Assembly (NCBI RefSeq): GCF_964204865.1
Contig: NC_135258.1
Location: 7,564,001-7,628,000 of the forward strand
From: Styela clava
Taxonomy: Eukaryota
Length of the DNA stretch: 64,000 nucleotides
Direction: 5' to 3'
Made by a program: the position numbers and the translations under genes. Positions 36,008 to 48,367 of the stretch are shown here, piece after piece; within the stretch, counting starts at the first letter, position 1; each line of letters starts with the position of its first letter. The notes below the pieces were generated by a model. It was not told where the DNA came from, made no database searches, and saw nothing but the letters and a program-made list of their open reading frames with translations.

Positions 36008-38975
36008 TCAGTCGACAGGATACGCCTTTTTAATAAAAACATCCTCCGTCGGTCGATCTTGATTATTAGTTTCCACCATTCCCAAGTTTGCGACAATCGG
36101 CATTCCTTTGCAAACACGACCAAATATGGCATGTTTACCTGCAAAATTGGATATAAAACAGCAATTATTTCTTAATAACTTCACACAGGATTTTGGCAAA
36201 AATATTGAGGTTATTTAAAAGATATTTTAACATGACTGGCCCAAGTCCTGATCATGTAAAAATCAAAGCAATGATTTCGTTTTCTTTCGCTATTTGTTTG
36301 TCTGAATTGAAACTGAAAACACCTGAAATGAGATATGGCCTAGATTCCCAACATGTGTTACTTTTTCCAAATAGTTCAATTGAGGTGTGGCTGGCTTTCA
36401 GAAATCTTATTCTTGCGGAGTTATATAAGAGATTTCATCATACATGAATAATGCCAAAGTTGGCTTCAACTTGCATGGGTGGACATAACCTATCCGGTCA
36501 GTGGTTGAAATGTCAATCCTTCTTAAATTCATTGTTGTGAACACACAATAAATACAACTTACCATCCAACCACTGAGTTGGAGCAAGTGTGATAAAAAAT
36601 TGGCTTCCATTTGTATCAGGTCCTGAGTTTGCCATTGATAATATTCCTGCTCCTGCATGTTTGAGTTCTTTATGAATTTCATCTGCGAACTGAGGTCCGT
36701 AAATTGAAGCCCCACCCCGACCTGAATTAACAATAACATCGAAATTACAGTTTCATGATACAAAGTTGTAATTTAGAACCATTGCATAAGTCAGAATCTA
36801 AATTGGTTCAGATTCCAATAGTGGGCCAAATCTGACTCGTTGGGTAACTCAATTTGGCCCGCTTGATGCTGCCACAACCAAACAAGAACCAAATTTCAAT
36901 GTTTCAACTGAAAAATAGCTCACAGAATTTGTTGAGATTGTGATTAAATTCAGTTTTGGCACGAGGCTTATTCTTTTCCACTTTTGTTTTTGTAACACTG
37001 TAAATATTGTTCATAAAATGTAACTTTTTTCATCACACTTTCATGGCCAGTCTAGGTGGGTATAAATTTGGTTCTTGGTCCAAAACCTTTCCCATCCCTG
37101 CAATAGACTGTTGTTGCTGCTTGATAAAAGTTTGGGAATTTCCAGTTTCAATTGCCTGCAAATATTCTCTTCCCAAGAACACTTATCTGCGAACTTGGAT
37201 ACTTGGTCGAATTACTGTTTTTCTGTTCTGCTAGTTTACTACAATGAGTGATTTATATACAGTATAATTAGGCGGACATCAAGAGGTCGCTGCTTCGTGG
37301 TTCCAGTAAGATGTAGGACGAAACGTTACATAAATACATTTGTGTTTATGTGCAGCAGGACTCTTGAATTGCATAATTTAGTCATTTTTATTCCTGCTAC
37401 AGCATTAACTATCATAAACTCATAGAGAAAGGATAGGAAGTGTGTCTCGCACAACCCAACTCATAACCAACCTACCGTGTTTCTCGAAAATAAGGCCTAA
37501 GCCTGAATTTTAAGAATGATTTTAATATAAGTCCCCCCCCCCCATAAAATAAGACGCAGTCAATAACGCGAAACTTTTTTGACCTAGTCGATAGTAATAA
37601 ATCTCTCCTACATGTTTTAAGTAATTAATCTAAAACGTGTGAGAGTGGAAAACGTGTTATTTAATTAAATGGATATCGATTTTCCTATTTTGTATATTTG
37701 AAAATCTCATAATTCTCTACTGTGTAATTTTGTTCTCTATGAAAGAAAATTATAGACATCTCCTGAAAATAAGCCCTAGTGTTATTTTTTTAAAGAAAAC
37801 TGAAGTAAGACCCGGTCTTATTTTCGGGAAACACGGTATTTGGACATGAAAACTTTTTGACGCCAACAATGCTATATTAAATAATCAAATAATCGGACCT
37901 CCTGAAGTATGCGCACCAAGATGGCGCAGAACCTGAACGCAGGTTGTGTATCAGGTCAGGGTTCAGGTTATGCGACATTTCAATGCGCATACTTCAGGAG
38001 TACCGAATAATCGAGTCAGCTGGAGAACAATAATGGTTTCGGTATCTCCTTACCAGTGGCAGTAGGATCTCCACCTTGTATCATAAAATTTTTGATAATT
38101 CTGTGAAATTTAGTGTTGTCATAGTAACCTCTTCTTGCAAGTTCGGCAAAATTTGTGCAAGTCCTGGGTGCGTGTTTCCAGTATAATTCAATCACAATGG
38201 TTCCTGAACTGTTAGGAAATTTGAAACAGGAAGTTGAACAAGTATAAATTCATTGATGAACATTATATAATTATAACAGCTAATGAATCGAATAAGTTCA
38301 GTACCAAACAAATTTGTCATTCTTATCACAATATGACAAAATTTATTGAAAACACAGCCAAAAAATGCAGACTTATTACATACCTTGGCAACTATCTTTA
38401 CTAATTGTAGCAGTAAATTGCGAAGAACATCACAGTAAATCATAAAATAGTGAGTTTGATTAAAAACAATTTGGAAATCGAGAGATATAGATTCTCAAAA
38501 CAATTTTGCAAGTTGCAAGTGTGGCAAAACAGCTTGAAAGGAAACCAAATTGTTTATTTTTTTAAGAATATTTTCTTGCACAGCAAGGTCATAAAAACTT
38601 ACTCATAAGAATGATCCCAGAGCAAAGCTATCATATAAATGCCAAGAGCTGCTGACTCTAAAGTCTAATAGCCTGGGATTGCATTGTTAATTGACACGAT
38701 ACCTGAAGTAGTTTGCATCAATGACAGTTAAGAGGTAGTGAATTTAACATAACTGGAGTTCGTGAAAAAAAACTTTGGGTGTAGAATTTTTTTGTCTGCA
38801 AACATCCCAGAAAATAGAAAAAGTAGATTACAGTCGTATTCTAAATAGACTGTGTAGGTTCAGTCAGTGCAAGATGAATACAAAAACTATGATTGACATG
38901 AGTCAAAAGCAATACTTACGAAGTTTCCATTGCTACTTGGCGAGGTTGCCATGATGCAGAAGGTATACCAGCCAT
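36008..38975 (-). CDS. PPIL1: Peptidyl-prolyl cis-trans isomerase-like 1; exons 38975-38920, 38208-38054, 36721-36563, 36138-36008
   Basis: Spliced translation [67 protein letters not shown]...[24 protein letters not shown]...AYPVD; GT-AG introns in compatible phase. Confidence 0.96.
37475..37836. mobile_element. pogo/Tc2-type MITE in PPIL1 intron 2
   Basis: TA|CCGTGTTTCTCGAAAATAAG...CTTATTTTCGGGAAACACGG|TA. Confidence 0.8.
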
Positions 38976-41420
38976 GAGAAATTTATGAAACTTCTATTTT
39001 TAATTAAGTTAATTTAAGTTATAAATATGGATGAGAAACAGGAGCTTGTATTCTAACATATAAATGACAAAAATGTATAATTTGACACAACATAAAATAC
39101 TCTGGGTGCAAATAGATAGCAACAACAATTATGAAGCAATGGGTCAAAACAGCAGAACTGGGGAAGAGACTGGGTGTGAGTCTTGGGGCAATGCGAATGA
39201 TGCTACAATGCAACATAAAATTACTATATTCTAGTCAAAAGCTTGAGGAATTAATGGAAAGTTTTTCATTTTATTAGTACAGTTAAAATATACCAATTGT
39301 GACAAAACCAGCAATTTGTAATACACAATAACAGTGAAAATATGTTCATACTTTCAAATTGATATTCACGATAATGGGACTTCACTATAATATGGCTGAT
39401 AGGTGAATTTTTGAAATTGAATGTGAAAGTGTGAATTTTTTATATGGATGCATCCGAATGTCGTTAACGTAAGACAACACTTTGCGAAAATATGCTTTGA
39501 CATTAATCTATCCAATGTCAATAATAAGAGTGAAAATGTTAACTATTTCAACTTTATAACGAAATTTATCTTAGGTGTATCAGAAAACTGAATAAATATA
39601 TTGATTCATGTCGCAAATATTAAAGAAATAGGATAAAATCAAATGCAAAATTTAATACAAATGACAACATTCTTTGCTCAAAGTCAATATAAATGGCAGA
39701 AAAGCAACAATAAATGCGCAGGCAGTGAAATTCAAACAACAATGCTGCTGTAAGCCTGTATTAGATAAAGCGCTGTGAAACATTAATTTATATAGGCTTG
39801 ATCAATATTCATATACTATTTGAATTAGCTCTTCGATAAATTTTTATGACAACATATAGTGAGTACACTCACTCAGAAGAAAGAATCGCACCTATAAGCA
39901 AGACTTCCAGGATTACAGCAGTTTATTTTGAAATTTGAACAGAATTATTTTGAGGGTCTTGTTTTATTAAATGTCTATATTCAAATAGGTACAGTATTCC
40001 AAAAATGGATGCTAAAGGGAATAAAGTAGTAACTTGAAACATCAAATTTTTGAATAGCCTACTCTTTTTTTGATGAGATAGATTTCATGGACACCCCAAT
40101 TATAATTCTGAAAGTAGGGTATATTGAGCCTAGATTTAAAAAAAAATGAGACTAGAATGAGCAATGAATTGTATATCAGATTTTGTATTGTTGAATTGCC
40201 TGTAGTCTGTGTCAATATATTGCCTCTAATCATTGGTAAGGCATCATAGTGCATCATCAAGTAAATGACCTGCACATTAGGAGATATTGCTTACACACTA
40301 GAGTGAAAGATAATGCAATTCATATTATGTATACAGCACAATGACAAACTCACAAATATATAAATAAAAATTTCATCAATCAAAAAGAAAAAATATGAAA
40401 AATAAAAGTCAATTACGTGTTAGTTTTAATAATAATTGCAATCAAGATGAAACAATTAATATCATAGAATGATCTCAACCCATATTTTCTATCACACAAT
40501 AAAGTGTGCACTTGGTTGTGTAGTGAATAGAAGTTGGCATAACTGGAAAGATCACTATAGGCATTTTCAAAATTCCCAACTAAAACGACTTGCCAAATTT
40601 GCAAGCCACCCCCTGGATCATGGAATGTTTTCTTAAAACTTTTAACAGGTTGCTTTTAAAAACTAAAATAACATTTCAAGATGCATAACAAAACATTCCC
40701 TATCCTCATCACGGGCATTATACCATAACCAAGTTTCTGTTGAAAAGTACAGTTCAAACCACATGCCAAAATTCACACCAATGCTACTCCTTGAAAAAAA
40801 CGACACACATCAAAATATAACCATCATTGATGACTGAATATACCACCAATTCACTTCCCAGAAAGATTGCAGTGCATGCCATGGAATGTCTAAAACCAGA
40901 CCAGACAAGGGCAGATTTGGATAGCATTCGACATGAACCAATGATCCAGCAACACAATAAAGAAACATCAAGGAATTTCACAACTAAAGGAAAAGTTTCC
41001 GCAATGTTAATACAGTTTTTTTAGGTCAATTTATCCCACAAAATTTATGAATAATGCTAGATGTGTTGGAAACTTGAAATTAAATACACTATGAAAGAAT
41101 GGTCATCACTTAGCAGATCTATTGGAGTCCCTAAAAGAAAAGACATTGTGCGGTACTCACTCAAAATTGTATTTCAGAAACTGTCTTAGTTTACACAATG
41201 TGTATAGAAATTTCGCTGGAATAAGCGATTGTATAACTAGATTGTATCTATTAAAACAAAAAGTTTTTATGCTTCAGTTGGAATTGTACTCATCTGTAAA
41301 AAATTATCAAAACCAAAAAGTTCACCTCGAGTTGAAAAAAATATGAAGAAAAGCGAAAAATATGTGCAGTATGGTGTTTCCTAAAAATCATACCATTGTA
41401 GGCAATTTTATCAACTCACA

Positions 41421-43859
41421 TCATAAAATAATCACATCAGTCTGGCCTTGTTGACCTTTATTATTCATATTACATTTTCCAGATGGCGTTGAATCAGACA
41501 TTGGGTCTACAAGGTCAGTGCCTTCTAACAAAGTACCTTGCAAAGGGGATGAACTTTGAATAAAACAATTTTCAACATCGGTGTCATTTCCGACTACTTC
41601 ATGTATAGCGCTTCCTAAAATAGGATTTTTATTGTCTTCATCATTACTTGTTTCTTGATAAACTAAAACATCTGATGTGGTGATGACATCATCATGGCGT
41701 GGTGATGTCATATCACTCGGTGAGGCTACTCCATCCCCCTCATCCATGTTATTTCTTACATCATCAGTTGATGATGTAACATCGTTTCTTGATGCGTGAT
41801 TAATATATGACAACATTTCCGGTGTGAAGTCGACACTATTTACATCATCAGACATAAATAATACTAAAGGATTGTTGGAATCAGAATTTTGAACAAGATA
41901 AACACCTGCAGCAGATGTAGGCGTCAACTGAAGTGTAGTGTTCACATCTAAACTCTCTTCTGCAGAGATAGTTTCAGTTTGTAATGGTTTAGCAAGATAA
42001 CCATCTGCAATTTTCTTCTCATCTTCTTCTGAAGCCTGAACTTGCACCTCGTTAAACGTATCGTTTGAGGTCGAGAGATGTGACATCACCAAGTTTCCAT
42101 TCGAATCTTTGTCAAGAACAACCCGACTCTGAATATCATTATTAGTATCGGTAACATAAACTAAGTTACTTTGTGTTGCAAGTGGAGAAATATTTTCAGA
42201 GTATGATAAAGTTATTCTATCGCCCAGCTTGTTGGTAACCTTCGATTGCTGATCGAGATTAATTTTAGCGGAAATTTTACCGTCATCATCTGACAATTTA
42301 GAACCATCCCGATGAACATATAATTTAACTTTGTGGTCACTCGAATCCCAAGAATTAAGTTGTCTTGAAATAATCTTCGATAATCCATTCAATAAATCTT
42401 TCAATTTAACGTTTTTAATATTAGGGTTCTCGTGTAGATAAACTTGTTTCAATGACCACCATTTAATTCTAAGCCATTGAGGCGAACGTGAACTTTTCCA
42501 TCCGGAACTTAATTTTCTCCAATCAATTTCATCCTCTGCCTCAACACCGAGTGCGTCAATTCTTTCAACCAGAGTTGCATCTTCAGCTTTTGTCCATCTT
42601 TTCCCATTGCACATTTTCCAATTCAAATAGTTCAACCATTTTGCACGGCATTGTTTTTCAGTTCTGGTACCAACTAATGCAGCAACCGTCGTCCAACCTA
42701 TATTAGCTGTGACTGATGTTCCATATTTTTCACCTGTTAATGTATAAACGGCTCGAGCAAGTTTCAATTCTTCTTCTGCAGACCATTTTCCTAAACTGTG
42801 CTCATTGTCCAAGACCAGTCTGCAACGATCTTTAACAGAATCTGAACTACGGCCCATTTGATTGCCAATTAAAGTCCAATCACGACCATGTTTCGCATGT
42901 AAATCTTTTAATTTTTTAATCTCTTCATCGGAATATTTTCCTCTGTAATTTTGGGAATCATACATTCTTTTCACCCTACGATAAACGGCAAATACAGGGC
43001 GATTTAAACCCACTGAAATCGTAGGATAAAACTTTGGTCTATCATATTTACTTCCATGGAAAATAATTTGTTTCGCATCATCAATTCCATGCTCCTTACA
43101 ATACTTTTCAATGTTGCTTTCGAGGAGGTCCACTTCATCTTGTGTCCATTTTCCAGTCTTCCAAGAATGACCACTATTTCGCAGTTGCACTTTATCTGCT
43201 TTTGTTGTGACCCAAGTATTTCGAACAGGGTCTGCATTCTCAGGATCTGACGTATACTCAAACCTTTGATAAGAGTGGTCAACAGAATCATTGTTTTGGG
43301 TTTGATTATCAAGTGAAGTTCTGCTGTTTAAATTCACTGGCGGAACTCCTAAACTTATGTCATTATTTATTGAAATACGTATTGGTACACCAACCTTATC
43401 TCCACCTTTTATTGCACACAAAGTCAAATCATCCTTACTACTTTCTTCAATTACAAGCATTCTGTTTTGGTTCGATACATCATCAGCCGAAACAAAAACT
43501 TGACTTTGTCGATGAGTTGCTTCAACATCTGTTACAAAATCTTTATCAAGAATATCTCTTTCAGCAACAGAAATAAAATAATTTCCACCTTGACCAAAGT
43601 TTATATCAGATTTCACAGATTGTGGTAATTTCTCGCTATTATCCTCCCTAATATATTTTGCTAAAGGAACATAGGGATATCCATAACCTAACGAAGGATC
43701 AGCAGCTTTTCGTTTGCTTCTTGAAGAAGTACCGGTATCAGGCAAGTTTTGATCAATAGAAAGATTGATCTCATCAGACATAGAATTCCCACCGTCCATC
43801 TGTGAATCTAAAGTGCTGCTGGAACATCCAAAAGAACTCTCATTTTCCAAGCAGTCCAT
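41421..43859 (-). CDS. DMTF1: Cyclin-D-binding Myb-like transcription factor 1 homologue, single-exon CDS
   Basis: 812 aa; WKTGKWTQDEVDLL..NIEKY, GLNRPVFAVYRRV.RMYD..NYRGKYS, MGRSSDSVKDRCR, VGTRTEKQCRAKWLNYLNWK, RSPQWLR.KWW; acidic termini. Confidence 0.92.
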   Translation of the reverse strand: MDCLENESSFGCSSSTLDSQMDGGNSMSDEINLSIDQNLPDTGTSSRSKRKAADPSLGYGYPYVPLAKYIREDNSEKLPQSVKSDINFGQGGNYFISVAERDILDKDFVTDVEATHRQSQVFVSADDVSNQNRMLVIEESSKDDLTLCAIKGGDKVGVPIRISINNDISLGVPPVNLNSRTSLDNQTQNNDSVDHSYQRFEYTSDPENADPVRNTWVTTKADKVQLRNSGHSWKTGKWTQDEVDLLESNIEKYCKEHGIDDAKQIIFHGSKYDRPKFYPTISVGLNRPVFAVYRRVKRMYDSQNYRGKYSDEEIKKLKDLHAKHGRDWTLIGNQMGRSSDSVKDRCRLVLDNEHSLGKWSAEEELKLARAVYTLTGEKYGTSVTANIGWTTVAALVGTRTEKQCRAKWLNYLNWKMCNGKRWTKAEDATLVERIDALGVEAEDEIDWRKLSSGWKSSRSPQWLRIKWWSLKQVYLHENPNIKNVKLKDLLNGLSKIISRQLNSWDSSDHKVKLYVHRDGSKLSDDDGKISAKINLDQQSKVTNKLGDRITLSYSENISPLATQSNLVYVTDTNNDIQSRVVLDKDSNGNLVMSHLSTSNDTFNEVQVQASEEDEKKIADGYLAKPLQTETISAEESLDVNTTLQLTPTSAAGVYLVQNSDSNNPLVLFMSDDVNSVDFTPEMLSYINHASRNDVTSSTDDVRNNMDEGDGVASPSDMTSPRHDDVITTSDVLVYQETSNDEDNKNPILGSAIHEVVGNDTDVENCFIQSSSPLQGTLLEGTDLVDPMSDSTPSGKCNMNNKGQQGQTDVIIL

Positions 43860-44018
43860 GGTTGTTCTTTTGTTTATTTCAGCAGTAAAATTTCACAGTG
43901 CAAATTACTCATGATTTAAAACTAATAGTATCGGTATTACATCATGAAAATCCTGCAAAACAAATAGACTATATTCAGATATTTTAACAAAATACGTAAA
44001 GGGTGACAGTTCATAGGG

Positions 44019-44501
44019 GGGTCTCGTGTAGTTTCGTACCTAACATACTTCTAGTGGGCGTAGCATCACAATTTTTTGACATATCAATCCTAACCCCCAC
44101 CTGACTATGCCATCCAAAAATTACGTCACTACGACATCACAATCACGTCATAGAGCTTGCCAAATATACGTACGATCACCCGAAATGGCATCGGCGCCGA
44201 CGATAAAGAACTTACTAACGTCAGCGTTCTCTCCCATATTGGATCGTCGCGACGAAAAAACGAGAGAAATAGTCGTTCGATTTCGGGTGCGCAGACCAGA
44301 TATTATATATACGCTTTGGCGCAGACGAGCTCGTCTCGGATGACAGTTCGTAGAGTTTAAGGGACTGTATTACGTCACTGTGACGTCGTAGAGACGTAAT
44401 TTTTGGATGGCGTAGTCAGGTGGGGGTTAGAATTGACACATGCAAATATTGTTATTCTACGCCCACCAGAAGTATGTTAGGTACGAAACTACATGAGACC
44501 C
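44019..44501. mobile_element. Long-TIR MITE/foldback element just upstream of DMTF1
   Basis: ~135-bp imperfect inverted arms GGGTCTCGTGTAGTTTCGTACCTAACATACTTC... / ...GAAGTATGTTAGGTACGAAACTACATGAGACCC; extra arm fragment at 44517-44537; no TSD seen. Confidence 0.8.
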
Positions 44502-44537
44502 GTTTTTGCATATGTTAATCCTAACCCCCACCTGACT

Positions 44538-44700
44538 CAGTAATCAGTAATCAGTAATTTATTTCTTCACCAAGCTGAAAGTACGAATTTTACATACACA
44601 AATAAAGAAAATATAAAAGACCGCATTCCAGGGTGAAAGGAGACGCCGAAAACCAATTCTGGTTATCGAGCGGCGGCACCCTCGGGGAAGTCTAACAAAA
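44538..44700 (-). mobile_element. Probable 3' end of a non-LTR retroelement
   Basis: Minus strand ends AATAAAATTACTGATTACTGATTACT (short tandem tail) after a GC-rich stem-loop-like segment; 5' extent unknown. Confidence 0.35.
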
Positions 44701-46799
44701 ACGTGATAAATATAATTAAATCGAACAAAATATATTACTTGATAAATAAATAAAGAAACGCAATCGATGCGTCAAGGCGACCCGGTAAAAACCAAGCAAT
44801 CGCCGTTTAAAAATAAGAAAATCGACTCCATGCACCACAGTCTAGGTAACCATGGAAATTATTAAGTGAACCAAACAGACTTGCAGTGTGGTCATGGCAG
44901 GTAAATAGTTCGGCTACGGTAAAGTGCAACACAAGTCGATTGTGTGTATATAAGTGTCCAGATTGAAATAAAACTGGATGTTAAGAGTACGCAAATTGTA
45001 AAAGTATAGAATACCGTACCAATCAAGTATGCAAATAACAAAATATTGACACTTTGAGGCAGAAACAAGCTAGTAGTGTAAAAGCTAAAATGTTGACCTG
45101 GACTAACAAGTGTTTTGATGCTGGAGTCAAAGATTCACATACGGGAATTGTATAGACATGAGGAAAATATACATCGAAATATTCAGCAGTATTAATACAA
45201 CACAATGAAGTGAGTATCATACCATAGAAGTAGACTAGGAAAATTTAAAAAAAAATTAAGTTAATCAAAAGGATAAAAACAATTGACCTGGATCACTGTT
45301 ACCGAAGCATTATAAATAGTAAAAACAAATACAACATTAGGCTTGACTGCCCATAATGAAAGTAATCAGAAGGATGCCAATTAAGTTTGGATCCCAGTTG
45401 AGGCATGTAAAATGGCATGGTAACAATAAGTGTATTTATGGGCATTGGACTGTAGGCATGAATTTGTCATTGGCAGTTAACAGAATAGATATCAAGAAAT
45501 TACACACTAAATAGGAGACCAAGATCATTGAGGAGCGGGCTCAATAGTAGGGCAAAAAGCCTGCAATATTTTTTTGTTATACTGCGTCATCCAAAACGTC
45601 TACTGTTAGTTACGTCGCTTTTCCGAAGTGGAAATGGAGATTTTCCAAAAATGCTAAAGATTTTCTTGCTTCATTAGAGAAGCTTGGCTGGGAAGTTTTT
45701 CCAACTTTTTGCATTGCATATTGTTTATTACTCAAAATTAAATACGGTACTCAATTGCTAGTTGCGAACGATCTTTCTCAAAGTTGCAACAGATAAAAAC
45801 ATATTTGAGGTCTTCGATGTCAAATTAGCGCCTGTCAAATTCATCTTTGAGACTTTGATTAGCGTCGAAAAGAAATTCCTGGCGAGCGAGGTGTCGTTAA
45901 GACATTTGCTTACAGCTAAGTACCGTACCGTACCTAGCGATTGGACATAGAAAGAGGTGACTAGCTTTTTGTTATGAAATGAGTTCGTTGCTTAGTTTCT
46001 ATCTTACGGACGAGCACTATCCTGCCATCCGCAACCGGTATATTTAATGATCTGGCGATGCCGTACGATACCGGTACCGGTAACGAAATCTGAAGATGCT
46101 GAACCTGACGTAATCTACCGACGTTAGTATGTAAGTGAACAACGATAATGTCGCCTACTTCCTTGTACGTATTTATTTTTACGGATTTTAATGGTCATTA
46201 CGATTTTGCAAGTCCAATATCGAATTTTAAAGGTGGGTTATCACGCAAACCTTTTTGTAGCAAATCTGATTCTATATAATTTATTATGATTTTTGTCGTT
46301 TACCGTTTGCATAAAGTGGACTTCGTTTGCGAGATTCGAATTTTCAAATGTCAACCCTGCCGAAATCGAATGCAAATTAGTATGTCCCGTTTATGACGTA
46401 GTAGTGAGGACTCGTCGGCAAAATTTTGCATTTAGGCCGCGAGCCGAGGCCATTTATCTTTCAGTTTCGTAGCGCACATAAGGTAACTACCTGAAAATGA
46501 TTTTAAAATGTTCCTTAGAAATTTAGTAACAAATATTGCCTTGTTCCCACTTCCAAAAGTTGCACGTTTTACAGAAAAGACGCTTATACTACAATAAATA
46601 TGTGTTACCATCTGTCCTATTTTCTCTGCTTTTCCGGTATCATGGGCCAATGAACGCAGACTTCTGCATGACGCAACAATCAAATTAGTCAGCTGTAGGT
46701 GGATCCCCAGTGGTCGGATGAATATCAGATGTACTACTACTGCTCGCTTTTGCATTGAGTAGCCTTTCCATAGTTTTTCTCAGTTATTATTAGTTCAGT

Positions 46800-47479
46800 T
46801 ATTCTAAGGAGGTGTTGAAAAGTATAAGTAAGATATTAAACAGTAAGATATTAACAGTAAGATATTATTTGAAAAAATACAAACTAAAGAAAGATTTCAG
46901 AACTTGTTTAATGCTTGATTTCAGTGAATATGCATTTTATCAAAATGCTGAAGAGTTGGAGTGTATAATCCTTGTAATGTCAATCACCAGACATAAAATA
47001 TGGCTCGAAAGAAATGAAGCTGTATTTCAAAACGTAATGCCTAATGTGGACAGAGTTGTCAAAAAAGTTAAAATGTCGATTGTTGGTCGTAAAAATATAG
47101 AGAATCAAAGGAATGACTCTAAGTACGAAAATGTTATGCAAAAACTGTATAACATTTTATTTAGAACGTTGTAAAGGCTTTAATGGACTAAATCTACTAT
47201 TGTATTGTACAATATACAGATCTAATTATTCCTTGTTTTTTTTACATGTATATATATGTTAACTGTAATAATACAAGAACCTAAATTAATTATGAATATG
47301 TGAAAAATATGTTGGAATATGACAACCAATGGCTTGGATCTTCAAATGGAATACATGTTGAATGAAAAAATTATACATGGAATTGGTGAATGATTCATTA
47401 ATCAAATTAATATTCTTATTATGATGAAAATGCATGGCTAATTAACTTATTATATTATTAAAAAAAAGAGAAAAAAAAA
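46800..47479 (+). mobile_element. 5'-truncated L1/Tx1-like LINE 3' end
   Basis: ORF fragment with the L1/Tx1 ORF2 C-terminal motif HKIWLERNEAVFQN, ~300-bp 3' UTR and A-rich tail (47460-47479). Confidence 0.65.
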
Positions 47480-48135
47480 GGTATTAAACACTTGTATATC
47501 CTTATCATAAATAGCAATTTTAGTTGAGCACTAGCTCATAAGACGTTGTTAAATAGCTACGGTGCGGTAACTCCAAGGAAGGCTAGACCTAGAATAATAT
47601 GACACAAACAACGATATTTTCTGGCTTGCATGAAATGTTTATGATTAATTTAATGACTCTTCTTGACTATTCAGCAGACTTATACTACTGTATAGGCCAC
47701 AGCATATTTTGAAATATAAATTAATGGCTGTTTCTGTAATGCACGGTTGTGTGAAAGAGAAGAAAATAATCAATTTGCTAATGTCGGTTGGTCTAAATCT
47801 AAATTCATAGAGTCGACAAGAACCTGGGAAGCAATGATAAGTTATGCCGGAGTGGAAAGAAAGTAGCAGAAATGAAAGAAAAGAAAGTTGGAAACGATTG
47901 AGAGGTGAGAAATCAAGTTGTAGACAGACAGTTGATGTTTTAAAATATAGTCTATAGTCCATACTCATACTGTCATAGGGCATTTCAGACTGTGATATAT
48001 AAAAAAAAGGGTGTAGATATAGTCTAGTAATGGTATGTATGTATGTTTATTCGTCTCGTAAAAGCAATACAAAAGAGTAAGTAAATATAAATACTGAAGA
48101 CGGGATGTATGTACAAGACCATATTGGCCTAAAAC

Positions 48136-48367
48136 ACAAATGTGCGGCATACACCCCTTTTGATATATATAAATTATAATAGGGTAAATCAAATATGTAC
48201 AATATGGTCCTTTATACAGGCAGTTGTGCAAGGAGGGTGGGTGGGTGTGGTAACAGGGATAAGGGTGGAGTGTACAAAACTGTCTGTATAAAGGACCATA
48301 TTGTACATATTTGATTTACCCTATTATAATTTATATATATCAAAAGGGGTGTATGCCGCACATTTGT
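48136..48367. repeat. Perfect 84-bp inverted repeat with 64-bp spacer
   Basis: 48136-48219 is the exact reverse complement of 48284-48367. Confidence 0.95.

Noticed and set aside
37270-37335. Penelope-type hammerhead ribozyme (GGACGAAACGTT)
   Set aside because: No CUGAnGA core or supporting stems found.
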